The notes: generated from the sequence alone by a model not told the origin. A DNA stretch of 64,000 nt from Bryobacteraceae bacterium (GCA_036269815.1 DATBDT010000042.1:1731-65730); one strand, 5' to 3'. Shown: positions 9,456 through 20,232, counted from the stretch's first letter. Made by a program: numbers and translations.

Positions 9456-9980
9456 CTAGTGGGCTTTCAAAATCCGCACTACTGAAAGGATTGTATTCCA
9501 ACTGCGTGTTGTCGCCGGGGCGCCGAACAGCTTATCGATTTGGCCAAGATAGCTGATCGTCTTCATATGACGCCGGTACACTCCAAACACGAGTCGATTT
9601 TTAGCTGCAATAATTCGTACGAACCAATCCCCACTTTCAGGAATTGCGATTGGAACGGAAACCTTGTCGCGAACAGTTGTCGATAAGATGCTCACAAATC
9701 GAACCACATCTGGGCTGGATGGCTCAGGTCCAAACGGACTTTCCGTTTCCAACCGCGCAAGATCACTACCGTCGCAGAACGCGAGTTCCGCTTCAAACGG
9801 CAGCTTTCGGCGAAGCTCAGCAAAAAACTTTGGGCGCGTCCCAGGTTTTCGAACGATAAGGGTGCCGGTAGCGCCAACATTTACGACATCATAGGCACTC
9901 AGTTCTCTCGCGAGAACGCTTGGACGAAACCTCCTGCGCCCGCCAACATTGATGCCTCGTAAGAAAACAACCAAAGCCAT
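9456..9980 (-). CDS. DUF1697 domain protein
   Basis: MALVVFLRGINVGGRRRF is the DUF1697 signature. Start trimmed from 10274 to the ATG at 9980, because the longer ORF overlaps the VOC gene on the same strand. Confidence 0.8.
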   Translation of the reverse strand: MALVVFLRGINVGGRRRFRPSVLARELSAYDVVNVGATGTLIVRKPGTRPKFFAELRRKLPFEAELAFCDGSDLARLETESPFGPEPSSPDVVRFVSILSTTVRDKVSVPIAIPESGDWFVRIIAAKNRLVFGVYRRHMKTISYLGQIDKLFGAPATTRSWNTILSVVRILKAH

Positions 9981-10105
9981 AGCGCGTGCGGAGCCCAAGG
10001 TGCTCTTTCGATCTCCTCGGGCATGTTCGCAGCGACTAACACTATACGACGGGAAAATGGACGGTGAGTCCAGCGGGATATCCAGCAGTTGGTCGGCCTG
10101 CCGGT

Positions 10106-10873
10106 TTATTCCTTGCCACTGACCAGAGAGAATATCGCACCCTGAGGGTCCTGACCTTGGATGATCCAACTCCCGCCGGGTACCTGCATGGGACCGTTTA
10201 TGATCTTCCCGCCCCCGGCTTTGACCCGTTCGATGGCCGCGTTGATGGCATCGACATTGAAGTAGAAGGTCCAACTTGAAACCGGGACATTAGCGGGCTT
10301 GGTCATCATGCCACCGTCGCCCATTGGTTTGTGGTCGCCCTCATCAAAGATCCGATAAACGCCCATTGGCCCCATGTCCATATCGCTGACTTTGCTCCAA
10401 CCGAAGAGCTTGTTGTAGAAACTAAAGCCGCCTTCGAGATCCGTTGTGTAGAGTTCGTGCCAACCGATGGTCCCGGGGGCGGGTGGTGCGGGGCGTTCCG
10501 GCGAAGGCATCGCCGGGTTGGGAGTAAAGATCACAATGGCAGCGCCCTGAGGGTCAGACATGACGGCGAAGCGAAGCATGCCAGGAACGTCGCTGGCGGG
10601 TTTCCACAGCTTCCCGCCCGCTTCGACGATCTTTTCAATGTGAGCATCGACGTCATCGACAGCTATATAGCCGATCCAGGCGGTGTGCCCGGAGATGTTC
10701 AACATACCGGCGATGCCGGCGTTCCCGAGATTGAAGGTGGTGTACTGCATACCATCAGCACTCGAGACCTCCCTGGTGGACCAGCCGATAACGTCCGAAT
10801 AGAATTTACCCGCGGCTTTTGTGTCGCTGGTCATGAGCTCATACCAGCCGAATTTTCCTTTTGGCGTAAACAT
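10106..10873 (-). CDS. Two-domain VOC (glyoxalase/bleomycin-resistance) family protein
   Basis: Duplicated FGWYELMT.../IGWHELYT... beta-alpha-beta-beta-beta modules. Confidence 0.85.
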   Translation of the reverse strand: MFTPKGKFGWYELMTSDTKAAGKFYSDVIGWSTREVSSADGMQYTTFNLGNAGIAGMLNISGHTAWIGYIAVDDVDAHIEKIVEAGGKLWKPASDVPGMLRFAVMSDPQGAAIVIFTPNPAMPSPERPAPPAPGTIGWHELYTTDLEGGFSFYNKLFGWSKVSDMDMGPMGVYRIFDEGDHKPMGDGGMMTKPANVPVSSWTFYFNVDAINAAIERVKAGGGKIINGPMQVPGGSWIIQGQDPQGAIFSLVSGKE

Positions 10874-11002
10874 TGTTAATACCTCTCAGTAGGTCATTAT
10901 CTGTTATGGTTCGCGTCGATCCTGTGCGTTTAAAAAGAACAGTGACGGTTCTGAGTAGTCGGCCGGTGAACGCCGCGAACGCGGAATTGCTTATTCTTTG
11001 GT

Positions 11003-12061
11003 TCACTCAGATTTGAGAGAAGCCATATCGATAGAAAAGCGGTACTTCACATCAGCCTTGCGCAGTCTCTCGTAGGCTTCGTTGACCTTCTGGATGGGAA
11101 TAACTTCCACATCGGCGACAATGTTATGTTCGCCGCAAAAATCGAGCATCTCCTGTGTCTCCGCGATACCGCCGATAAGAGAGCCCGACAGGCTGCGGCG
11201 TCCGAACAGAAGACCGAAGGCAGAGACGGCAAGAGGCTTATCAGGTGCGCCAACAAGGGTGATATTGCCGTCGCGCCGGAGGAGTTGGACATAACTGTTA
11301 ATGTCGTGATCGGCCGAGACGGCATCGAGGATGAAATCGAAACTTCCGGCATGCTTCTGCATCTCATCGGCATTGTGAGAGATGACGACTTTGTCGGCGC
11401 CGAGGCGGAGCGCATCGTCCGTCTTTTTGGGTGAGGTCGTGAAGACAACCACGTGAGCGCCAAGCGCGTGCGCAAACTTCACGCCCATGTGGCCCAGTCC
11501 GCCGAGTCCAACCACGCCCACTTTCTTCCCTTTCGTGACACCCCAGTGGCGCATGGGCGAGTATGTTGTAATCCCCGCACACAGGAGAGGGGCGGTTCCT
11601 GAGAGAGCGAGATTTGCAGGAACTCGCAGGACAAAGCTCTCGTCAACGACTACGCTATCGGAATAGCCACCGTATGTGACGCCTCCGAGGTGCTTGTCGG
11701 GGAAATTGTATGTAAGCGTGAGATTCCGGCAGAACTGTTCGAGGCCAGCCTGGCACTCGGGACAGGTGCGATCGGAGTCAACCATGCAACCGACAGCAGC
11801 GAGGTCGCCGGGCTTGAACTTGGTTACTGCGGAGCCGACCCTGGCAACACGGCCCACGATCTCATGGCCGGGGACGCACGGGTAAACAGTGGGCATGACA
11901 TCGCTCCACTCATTACGGACTTGATGAAGGTCGGAGTGACAGATACCGCAGAAGAGAATTTCGATCTGTACGTCGTTTTCTGTTGGATCGCGTCGCGTGA
12001 TCGTACTCGACGCAAGGGGCGACGTCGAACTGGTGGCAGAGTAAGCCTTGGCTTTGTACAT
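11003..12061 (-). CDS. Zn-dependent NAD(P) alcohol/aldehyde dehydrogenase (YahK/CAD-like)
   Basis: GICHSDLH catalytic-Zn motif, a structural-Zn Cys cluster (CPECQAGLEQFC) and a GLGGLGHMG Rossmann motif. Confidence 0.9.
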   Translation of the reverse strand: MYKAKAYSATSSTSPLASSTITRRDPTENDVQIEILFCGICHSDLHQVRNEWSDVMPTVYPCVPGHEIVGRVARVGSAVTKFKPGDLAAVGCMVDSDRTCPECQAGLEQFCRNLTLTYNFPDKHLGGVTYGGYSDSVVVDESFVLRVPANLALSGTAPLLCAGITTYSPMRHWGVTKGKKVGVVGLGGLGHMGVKFAHALGAHVVVFTTSPKKTDDALRLGADKVVISHNADEMQKHAGSFDFILDAVSADHDINSYVQLLRRDGNITLVGAPDKPLAVSAFGLLFGRRSLSGSLIGGIAETQEMLDFCGEHNIVADVEVIPIQKVNEAYERLRKADVKYRFSIDMASLKSE

Positions 12062-12351
12062 CCCTTAACTGTAGAACGCCCGCAGGTGTTCCAATACGCA
12101 AACTCCACCATTGCGCACGACCCGACCGTATCCTAAGAGATAAATCCGAGCCGAATCAAATTTGAAATACACTGCCAAGGTTCGCGGCCGGCTTGCCAAG
12201 ACCTCGCAAACATATCAATCAGATTGTGTTTGTGACGCACCGGAGAGGTGTATACTGTGGAACTCTATGCACGTGTTCGGCGCGCAGTTACAAGTTGACG
12301 GTGAGCTGGCATCTCTCTTTGTTTGAAACGCGATCAGAGACAGAAACGAGG

Positions 12352-13716
12352 CTATTCCGGGATTGCCTTAATGCCAATGAGTACCTGCAGGTTCTCCTGA
12401 ACAGCCGCCCACTCTTTCGGCTTGTTCTTGGTTGAAATAGGCGCCGCCGGATCGGCGTAATAGGCGATGATGTCCTGCTTCAGTCCTGCTGGAATGGGCT
12501 GCGTGGGGCGCTTCGCGAGCCTGGCCAGCAGTCGGGCATACGTCTTGTCCGTCAGCGGATACCCGCCAGGAACCACCGGTTGTCCCGTGTCGAGATCGCG
12601 GTCTGTCAAACCCGTATCGATCTTCGTCCCATTCAATTGCCGCAGGTAAACGGCCAGTGTTGCGATGGAGAGATTTACGCTCGCGATGTACGCCCGCTCC
12701 GTCTCCACCGTCGGATCTTTGATGGCGAGCATCTTGAGCATGCCGACTTTCGGCAGAACCACGATTAGCCCGGCCAGCAGGTGAGTTCCGACGCCCGGCT
12801 TTCTGCGGTACTGGTCCCACCCTTCTTCTTTCGGGAGTTGCCCAATCTCGCGCTCATATTCGTCGAGTTCCGGACCGGGTGTATCGGCAGGAAATCGTCC
12901 TTGATGCAGCACCGCTTCGGCATAGGTGGAATCGGGCAAAAAGCTCCGCGCCCCGAAACGAAAGGTTTTCATGGCAGGTAGGGGCCCGCTTACGATTTCC
13001 CGAAGGGGAATCCCGTAGGTTTCATAAAACGCAGCGGCGAGTTGTTCACGCGGCACTTCCAAACCAATGTCGCGCACATAAGCCAGCGGAGCCAGCCGCA
13101 ACTTGGCCGCCTGATTGGCGTCAAATGCCCACTCCACCTGGCCGTGCTGATGCTTCCCCTCTGCATAGTTCACCGATGAACCATACTTGTCGCGGAGTTT
13201 CGGGAACATGATTGCGACCGAAGGGTTGGTGGACTGGGAATGTCCGATACTGTCGCCAACATAGTGCGACAACGCGCCGATGGCAAAGGCGAACTCGTTG
13301 GCTGTGTGGGCGTGCTGAAACAGTTTCTGCACGAAATCCCCGGTGCGGACATAATGCGTCAGATCCGAGAAGAACGCGTTCGCAAAGGGATAATAGCCGA
13401 AGTCCTGCACCACGCAGCCCCCATATGCGTACGCATGTGCCTCTCTCAATTGCTCCGTCGTGAGCGAAGGGAACCGGTCTAACAGAATTGGTACGATGAC
13501 GGTCTTCCACGCCTGATCGATCAACAGATGGTGTGTCAAAAGGCCATATGCTTGGCCGGAAGAAGGCCACCCAATCATGAGTTGAATACAAACGGTAAGC
13601 GGAGCTACCCATCTGCGGATCTTTAGCACGTTCTTGCTAGTAGCTGAGGATGTTTCCGCTCTTGTGCCCATTTCATCTCCTTTTGCCGCGTCGAAATCGC
13701 GGCGGCCGGACAACAC
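12352..13716 (-). CDS. Zinc-dependent phospholipase C-like protein, secreted
   Basis: The motifs GLLTHHLL..., ...HYVGDSIGH... and ...EGKHQHGQVEW are His/Asp Zn ligands of the Zn-PLC fold. The start is uncertain (M1 or MGTRAE). Confidence 0.6.
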   Translation of the reverse strand: MLSGRRDFDAAKGDEMGTRAETSSATSKNVLKIRRWVAPLTVCIQLMIGWPSSGQAYGLLTHHLLIDQAWKTVIVPILLDRFPSLTTEQLREAHAYAYGGCVVQDFGYYPFANAFFSDLTHYVRTGDFVQKLFQHAHTANEFAFAIGALSHYVGDSIGHSQSTNPSVAIMFPKLRDKYGSSVNYAEGKHQHGQVEWAFDANQAAKLRLAPLAYVRDIGLEVPREQLAAAFYETYGIPLREIVSGPLPAMKTFRFGARSFLPDSTYAEAVLHQGRFPADTPGPELDEYEREIGQLPKEEGWDQYRRKPGVGTHLLAGLIVVLPKVGMLKMLAIKDPTVETERAYIASVNLSIATLAVYLRQLNGTKIDTGLTDRDLDTGQPVVPGGYPLTDKTYARLLARLAKRPTQPIPAGLKQDIIAYYADPAAPISTKNKPKEWAAVQENLQVLIGIKAIPE

Positions 13717-13884
13717 AAGCCGACCGGCTGTCTAATGCTGCGGCGGGCAGTCGACGCGCACACAGCCAATTGGCAGCCCGCTTTGAGTCTGGGCGATGGA
13801 ATGATTCCGTTGACCGACAAATGGATTCTAAAAATCTGCTCCACACAAGATAAAGTCTTGCGGCAACAGAGCCGATGTGCGGAC

Positions 13885-15579
13885 TCAGGGCGTGTACGGT
13901 GGTGATGAGGTTAGTGTCCGGCCGAGGGTGCGCGCAAGTGACACTCGGACGTGTGCGGGCCCGAGAGTCGGAGTCAACCGGCGGTAAAGCGCGATGCAGC
14001 CGGAACCAGACCGGCCACCGTATCTGCCGGCCAGACCCCACTTGGACGAGTGCGTTTTCAAGTAGGCTGCCAGTTGTTGATGATGCTGCCAAACGCGTAC
14101 GCTGGGCCTAAGATCCAACACGACATAGTCGACGGGAACACTATCGAGGATAAGATCCAATTCAGTAGGTTGGCTGAACGAGGGTCGGAGGACTTGCGTG
14201 CCGTCCCATGATATGTCTGCGAGCAGTTTCGTTCCCCGAACCGCGTAAAAGGAGGGATTGGGTGCCCTTAGGGCTACCTCGGAGATCAAGGCGCCTTCGC
14301 CATCGAGCTCCGAACTGATAAGGACTGCGGATTCGGGTGGAGTAGAGCGGAGCAGATCTACTGCAACGGCTGCAAAAGACGTCGGCGGCCATCTTGTATA
14401 GGGCCGCAACGGAACCAGAGACACGAGGATTAGCCCCGCTGCGGCACCCGGTATCCAAGGCCGTCTCTCGGTTCGGAAATGCCGCGTGATCGTCAGTACC
14501 GTCATAATCGCCAACAATATGAGCATCGGCACTAAAGCCGAGACCTTGCGGAATTCAACGCCGGTCGGTACAAGTGCATGAAATGCGATTTGAGCAATAA
14601 TGGACGCCGCAATGGTGGCCTGGAACGGATCGACGACGGTGCCCTTGATCCTGTTCCATATGACATGTGCGATGCCCACAAAGCCAAGAACCGAAATCGG
14701 GATTCCACACGTGGCCAGCATCAACTTGACGATTTCTCCAACAGCAACGACCGCGAGCGTTGGTGTCGGTTTGTCCGCTTCCCAGCCGGGTAGCACCATA
14801 TGCATGGTTAGAATCTGCCATGGAAGACAGACGCCAATCACGGCCGCAGCCGCTATGAAGAAGCGTCGGCTGCGAATCATGCTCGAGTTCGCGGCAAGCA
14901 AGGCAACGGCGATGGGCAACGGCAGCAAAAGCCAGCCCGTTCCTTTTGTAAGAATGGCCAGAACCGAATAGAGAGCCCATGCTGATAGGCTGCGGCCGCT
15001 GCCGGATAATGCGTATCGCCCTAGACTGACAGTAGCGAGAACCAGGAAAAGGAGCAGAAGCATGTCAGCCATAACCATGGCGTACATATCGACAACAGCT
15101 GGTATAGTCAGGAACGCGGCTCCGATCGCGATAGCCCAATAGCCCAGGAACTCGCGTCCTTCGCGATACAGCGTGAATGCCGCGGCGCCTGCTATCAGCG
15201 CGTGTAGTGTCAAAATTGCCTGCTTGCCCGGACCGAACGCCAACATCCAAAAGAGCTGAACGATGTATAGAAGTGGTGGCCAATGGCCGATACCCACCTT
15301 CGGATAGTGCAAATAGTACTGCTCGGCGAACTGCATCGGCCGAAGATATTGCCCTGAACGCAGAAAGCAGTCAAGCATCAATGTAGTGACATAGTGCGCC
15401 GGTTCATCGGGGTATCTGGCGAAATCTGCCTGGAATGCACCGACATACCACTGCAATGCTCGCGCTAGACCTGCATAGAACAACATCAAAGCTACCGAGA
15501 GCCAAATGCGACGCTGTACCAACCGATTTCTCGAATGTTTGGCGTCGACAGTCGCCGGGTAGGCCGAGGTCTGCTGCAT
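13885..15579 (-). CDS. Polytopic GT-C glycosyltransferase (ArnT/PMT-like)
   Basis: At least 10 TM helices, an early periplasmic-loop PDEPAHY motif and a soluble C-terminal domain. Confidence 0.6.
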   Translation of the reverse strand: MQQTSAYPATVDAKHSRNRLVQRRIWLSVALMLFYAGLARALQWYVGAFQADFARYPDEPAHYVTTLMLDCFLRSGQYLRPMQFAEQYYLHYPKVGIGHWPPLLYIVQLFWMLAFGPGKQAILTLHALIAGAAAFTLYREGREFLGYWAIAIGAAFLTIPAVVDMYAMVMADMLLLLFLVLATVSLGRYALSGSGRSLSAWALYSVLAILTKGTGWLLLPLPIAVALLAANSSMIRSRRFFIAAAAVIGVCLPWQILTMHMVLPGWEADKPTPTLAVVAVGEIVKLMLATCGIPISVLGFVGIAHVIWNRIKGTVVDPFQATIAASIIAQIAFHALVPTGVEFRKVSALVPMLILLAIMTVLTITRHFRTERRPWIPGAAAGLILVSLVPLRPYTRWPPTSFAAVAVDLLRSTPPESAVLISSELDGEGALISEVALRAPNPSFYAVRGTKLLADISWDGTQVLRPSFSQPTELDLILDSVPVDYVVLDLRPSVRVWQHHQQLAAYLKTHSSKWGLAGRYGGRSGSGCIALYRRLTPTLGPAHVRVSLARTLGRTLTSSPPYTP

Positions 15580-15996
15580 GAACGTAACAGTTGAGCGATC
15601 TTTGAACCACTGGTATAAAGCGATGCTGGTCTATCCTAGACGATTTCAGCGAGTTTTCGTTACCGGCGCATTTTAGAGGCGCTGTGGATTGCCTGATTAC
15701 GTTCTGGCAGCGAACACAAACTCAATCATCTGCGACGGCCGATACGGCCGGAGGCGGCAAATGGATGTCCGGTTCTGCGATAAGCAGGAATTATCGCCGT
15801 GAGGCACACAGGCGAGCTGTGAATCTGGTTTACGAGTTCTTGCTCGCCCCTCCGCAGCGCGCGTCAGGAGACGTGTGTTTTCTCTTGACAATCGACCTCA
15901 TGGATGTCCGCTACTCGTCAATTGGACCAGACGCACTCCGCCCTGTGGCCGCTACTTTCCGTGTGGCCCGTCAACGAGGAGCAACCCGGAAACAAT

Positions 15997-16046
15997 GCTG
16001 CTTTCGGATACAAGGCTTTACACGGGATACGTTCCGAAACAGCAGC
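15997..16046 (-). terminator. Possible intrinsic terminator hairpin downstream of the DUF1254/DUF1214 gene
   Basis: GCTGCTTTCGG (15997-16007) pairs with CCGAAACAGCAGC (16034-16046), with one bulge. It lies 3 nt after the minus-strand stop. The U-tract is weak (AUUGUUUCC) and the loop is long. Confidence 0.3.
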
Positions 16047-16049
16047 TTT

Positions 16050-17687
16050 TCAATTCGTCTTTTGAATCCCTGGCGGGTACCAACTGCCATTCGTGATCGC
16101 CTGGTCGGGCCAATACATCCGCAGGAATAAGATAAATTGACCGTTCTGATTGCCGGTTGTGGGCTGTGGCGCTTCCAGCCAGTTGCAGAATTGCTTCGGG
16201 TCGGACGGCGGGGTGGCCTGTACATAGATGTCCAGCGACTTATCATCGTTCAGACAGGCGGTGTGACCTTCCACCTGCTTCGTGCTGAGCGCGTGATAGG
16301 TGGCGGTTTTGTTGTCCACCAGCGTCCCATCGGCGTTGTACAGGGTAATAGACCAGAAGCCATTGCCGTCGATGGGCGGAATCTCCAGGGGGGCCTTCTG
16401 ATTCGTTGGCGCTTTGAAATGCAGTACGTAGCGTTGTGTGCCGTTCAGGCGATTACTGTCTGATGTTCCAGCGCTGTCGTGAGTGCCATAACCATAGACC
16501 GCGTCCTGCGGCCGGTTCGCTCCGAGAGCTTTCTCGGCGACGAGTGCTCTCAGCAGATAGCGCTTCCCATATTCGCCCACGTTCAGTGGCAACGACCAGT
16601 TCGTCGGTGTCAGAGACGGTGGCGGCGTTGCATCCAAGATCCGCTTCGCGGTGGCCACGGCGAGCTGCAAGGCCGTTCTCTCTGCCTGGCCTTCTGATGT
16701 TCCCATCAAGTTAGCGCACGAAAACTGGGTCGGCGGTTGGGTGTTGGTCGTACTGAAAATGCCGAGTCTCTTCAGAATTGGCACTATGCCCACATCGATA
16801 TTCGGGGGAGGATTGCTCATCATCATCGCCGACATCGTTCCGAAGAATGCACAAGCATCCATGCTGTCGAGTTGCTGGATCGGTTGGGTGACGACATCAA
16901 TCGACGGATTCACGGGCAAGTTGTCGGGAGGAGTATAGGGCTTTCCGTAGGCGCTGAGCGGTGTGAGCGTGATCTTCCCGAAGATCTGGTTGGCGACGAA
17001 GTTCTGATCATCCTCGGTGCCGGTGGTGTACACGCGCATGATCTGCCACGCCGTATTGGTGTCGAAACGAATCGTTTCGGAGACCCCACTCGGCAAGTTT
17101 CCGCTCCAATCAGGGCCGACCAGCGCGTAGTCACCGGGGGTTGGACTAATTCCGGCCAGTCGCGAGCTGGGCGATTGGCGACTGACGTTGGTCCAGCCGT
17201 CGAGCAGTTGCACGATAAAGAATCGGTCGCTGTTGATTACTGGAAGATGCAAGATGAGAGGCTCTTTGTCCAGATTGAAGAACCCGGTCGAGTACAGGGT
17301 AGTCGTGCTCGGCAGGACCACATCTTTAAACGCCGATCCCACCGGCAAAGTGGCCGCTTTGTAGAGCTGATTAAGGGGTGCCGTCCCGATCTGTAGACTG
17401 GCGCTGGCAACGTTCGTGGAAACGCGTTCGGTCAAGGCGATCGCCAGCAGCGGATAGCCGTAAATGTAAGCGGCGATGCCGTCGAGGTAGGCTTGAACGC
17501 TGCCTGCATCGAGGTCGTTGGGGAGCTGGCTTCGTGCTGTGGCGAGGATGCCTGCCATATCCGAATGGCCGATTTCTGGAGCCCTGAACGCGGCGGCATT
17601 ATCGGTTTCTTGAGCGTTTATCGATAACGTGCCGTAGAGGAATGCAACGGTGAGGAAGCCTGAAAAGATTCGTGATGGTCTTCGCAT
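16050..17687 (-). CDS. DUF1254/DUF1214 two-domain secreted protein
   Basis: YGYPLLAIALTER is DUF1254-type and GFWSITLYNADG is DUF1214-type. Start moved to MRRPSRIFSGFLTVAFLYG (signal peptide) at 17687. Confidence 0.8.
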   Translation of the reverse strand: MRRPSRIFSGFLTVAFLYGTLSINAQETDNAAAFRAPEIGHSDMAGILATARSQLPNDLDAGSVQAYLDGIAAYIYGYPLLAIALTERVSTNVASASLQIGTAPLNQLYKAATLPVGSAFKDVVLPSTTTLYSTGFFNLDKEPLILHLPVINSDRFFIVQLLDGWTNVSRQSPSSRLAGISPTPGDYALVGPDWSGNLPSGVSETIRFDTNTAWQIMRVYTTGTEDDQNFVANQIFGKITLTPLSAYGKPYTPPDNLPVNPSIDVVTQPIQQLDSMDACAFFGTMSAMMMSNPPPNIDVGIVPILKRLGIFSTTNTQPPTQFSCANLMGTSEGQAERTALQLAVATAKRILDATPPPSLTPTNWSLPLNVGEYGKRYLLRALVAEKALGANRPQDAVYGYGTHDSAGTSDSNRLNGTQRYVLHFKAPTNQKAPLEIPPIDGNGFWSITLYNADGTLVDNKTATYHALSTKQVEGHTACLNDDKSLDIYVQATPPSDPKQFCNWLEAPQPTTGNQNGQFILFLRMYWPDQAITNGSWYPPGIQKTN

Positions 17688-17879
17688 GCGATAGGCCGGG
17701 CTCTGAGGACCAAAAGCCCTGATCTTGTTTGGACAGTGCCGCCATTGAGGGGCGGAGCCGATCGCGGTGATTCGCATGAGTGTTCGCATAAGGAAGTTGT
17801 CTCCTAATAAATTAGAGCAATAAAATCGGCCGAAACCTGCCAACTCTGCTTAATTTGAGGAGACCGTAGAGGGATCAGT

Positions 17880-19175
17880 GATTTCTGTGGACTGTGCCGG
17901 CTCTGTTGTACCTTGACGTGGCATGATGCGAGGCGGCTTGCTCTCCTCGAAAGCTCGCCACCTCTGATTTTGGGAAAGGCTCGTGGCTAAACCGATACTG
18001 GAGGCGCAAGCATCCGTAGTTTCCGAAGTTGCGGGTGGATTGTTTGAATGTAAGTCGAGCGAGGAGCGCGTGGTGTACAAAAAGCTGAACTCAACGAAGA
18101 CGTTGATTCAGAGAACAACCATGGGAGGCTCCTCAAGAGATACGTATTACATCGGGTTCGACATTCACAAGAGGACGATCAGCTACTGCGCAAAAGACGT
18201 GAGCGGTGGGATCCAGCAGCAAGGGAGGATTCCGGCGACCCGCACGAATCTCGATGGCTGGATGAAGACTCTTCCTCAGCCTTGGATGGCGGCTATGGAA
18301 GCGACCATCTTCACAGGATGGATTTACGATCATCTGCTGCCGCAGGCTGCACAGGTGAAAGTGGCGCATCCATTGATGCTGCGGGCGATCGCCGCCTTAA
18401 AGAAGAACGACACGATCGATGCCGGTAAGATTGCAGACTGCCTCCGTTGTGACTTCCTGCCCGAGTGCCATATGGTCTCGGCGCAGATTCGAGATCGGCG
18501 CCGCACGCTGCGCTATCGCCATCTGCTGGTACGGCAGATGGTTCAGATGAAGAATCGGGTGTCAGGACTGCTGCTCGAGACCGGGAGTGACTCACAACCA
18601 ACAGCGGTTGCACAAGTGAAGTATTTCCGAGAGTTGCTCGCCACGAACCCGGAAGTGCAGGAAAGCATCCGGCCACTGCTCAAGCTCAGCCGCGAATCCA
18701 TCGAACGACTACAAAAGACCGACTATGCTCTGGTCAGTTCCCTGGAACGTGATCCGTTATTGAAGGAGCGGCTACAGAACCTCAGGACTGTTCCCGGCGT
18801 AGGACCGATTACAGCACTCACCTGGGCTCTGGAGATCGGTGATGTTTCGCGCTTCCACTCGGTGAAGCAAGCGATCGCTACTGCGGATTGTGTGGCGACG
18901 AAAAGAGTTCGGCCGAGAAGATTCTGCGAACACCGCTTTCTAAACAGCGAAACAAGCATATTCAACACGTTTTGGTGGAAGCTGCGAAGCTGGAGCCCAA
19001 GCAGAGTCACGAACTCGCCTCGGTCTATGAAAGAGCCAAAGAAAAGGGCAATGTGAATCGAGCGACATCGCGGTCGCTCGCAAGATGGTGACGTACCTGC
19101 TTGCGGTGGATCGTGCGAATCGACCATTTGTGCCCGCAGAAAAACGCAGCAGCGCCGCCGCAATGTCCACCATGT
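17880..19175 (+). mobile_element. Decayed IS110-family insertion sequence (boundaries approximate)
   Basis: Contains the frameshifted DEDD transposase plus ~250 nt of upstream non-coding DNA. No terminal inverted repeats were seen, as expected for IS110. Confidence 0.6.
18121..19160 (+). pseudogene. IS110-family (DEDD) transposase with at least 4 frameshifts
   Basis: N-terminus YYIGFDIHKRTISYCAKD...AAMEATIFTGW. Expected blocks are split over three frames. ETG|VTHNQQRLHK|VKYFREL lies at ~18585-18625 (a compensating pair). SVKQAIA|YCGLCGDEKSSAEKILRTPLSKQRNKHIQHVLVEAA shifts at ~18880. NRAT|VARKMVTYLLAVDR shifts at ~19080. Confidence 0.85.
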
Positions 19176-19178
19176 CGA

Positions 19179-19313
19179 TCACGATACGTGAACCACCGTT
19201 GATCCGGCGCGCACACAGAACTCGCGCAGCTCATGCAACTGGTTCTCGGTCGATTGCTTGCCGTCGTCTTTTGAGACCCGACCATATAAGGCTGCGGATT
19301 CCGCGTAAGGCAA
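19179..19313 (-). pseudogene. Serine recombinase (resolvase/invertase) N-terminal stub
   Basis: Too short for the ORF track. Reads (TTG)PYAESAALYGRVSKDDGKQSTENQLHELREFCVRAGSTVVHVS*. ALYGRVS carries the catalytic-Ser motif, and similarity ends where the IS110 3' end begins. Confidence 0.55.
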
Positions 19314-19458
19314 CCGTCACATTATGAGTGTACCAAATACGGTCGTTTATGGTAAGGTCGTGCGGCGTATTTTCTCCTGTTCTTTTTCAATCACATACTG
19401 GAGCGGTTGACACTGACGTTTTTGAAACACCCAGGGCTTGAAACAGAATATTGCAGGC

Positions 19459-20118
19459 CTAACGTCTGGGTAGACCGATTTCTACCGCATCAGCATCGGG
19501 GAAATCGTTTCGCTCGCCGGTGGGAACAGGTATCACAATCTGGATCGCCGCTCCAGGTTGATCGGAAACAATTCGTCGTGGGTAGCCGCTCCAGTCGGCG
19601 GCGGCCTCAAGCGTTTGCAGGCCTGCACGTATGAAGGACGCTCTTGCCTTTAGGTCGCCAGCGTGAACTTCCATGACATTGCCATTAGGCTTCCTCAGCA
19701 AATCGGTATTTTGCTCGCGGCTAAACCTTCCTGGGACTCCCGCCACAATTCCTCGACGCGAGAAAGTAGCTCTGCCCTACTTAAAGCATCCCCTCTGCGG
19801 CGGAATTTTTGATGCTCGTAGCGGTCGTCTTCTGGTCCAAATGCGGGCGTGTCGGTGCAGGCTGCTCTTTGAAATGCCGCTTATACGTCCAAGCTCGGAT
19901 AGCGAAATACCTGCGTCTCCCAAAGCGTTATTTATCAAATCAGTCGTTCCGGATCGAGCCTGCAGACGGAGCATTGCCTGAGTTTCACGCTGTAATTGTT
20001 TCACCTTTTCCCGCAGATCGTGAAGCTGCTGGCGCAATAAACGTTTGGCTTCACGATACGCGCTCGTTTGCGACCATGACGGAGATTTCGCCGCCAGGAA
20101 CGGCTGATTCATCCGCAA
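19459..20118 (-). pseudogene. Coiled-coil + HTH protein; one reading frame interrupted by an in-frame TAG (19777-19779)
   Basis: Track ORFs 19777-20118 and 19459-19746 are in the same frame, with no other stop between them. The HTH is ISLSELGRISGISKSSLHRH. No family recognised. Confidence 0.35.
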
Positions 20119-20232
20119 TGGTCGCCAAGGGTGAAGAAATCACGCCCGTTGAATGGTCGGACAGGAACACGGCTTTATAAGCCGGGAGGCTCGCCGCCAT
20201 CGAAGCTAGGATCGTAGCCGGCGAGCTTGGCA

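Noticed and set aside
17983-18120. N-terminal 46-codon extension of the transposase track ORF (MAKPILEAQ...).
   Set aside because: IS110 transposases start close to the YxGxDxxK block. The ATG at 18121 gives the normal N-terminus, and the upstream part is better explained as the non-coding IS leader.
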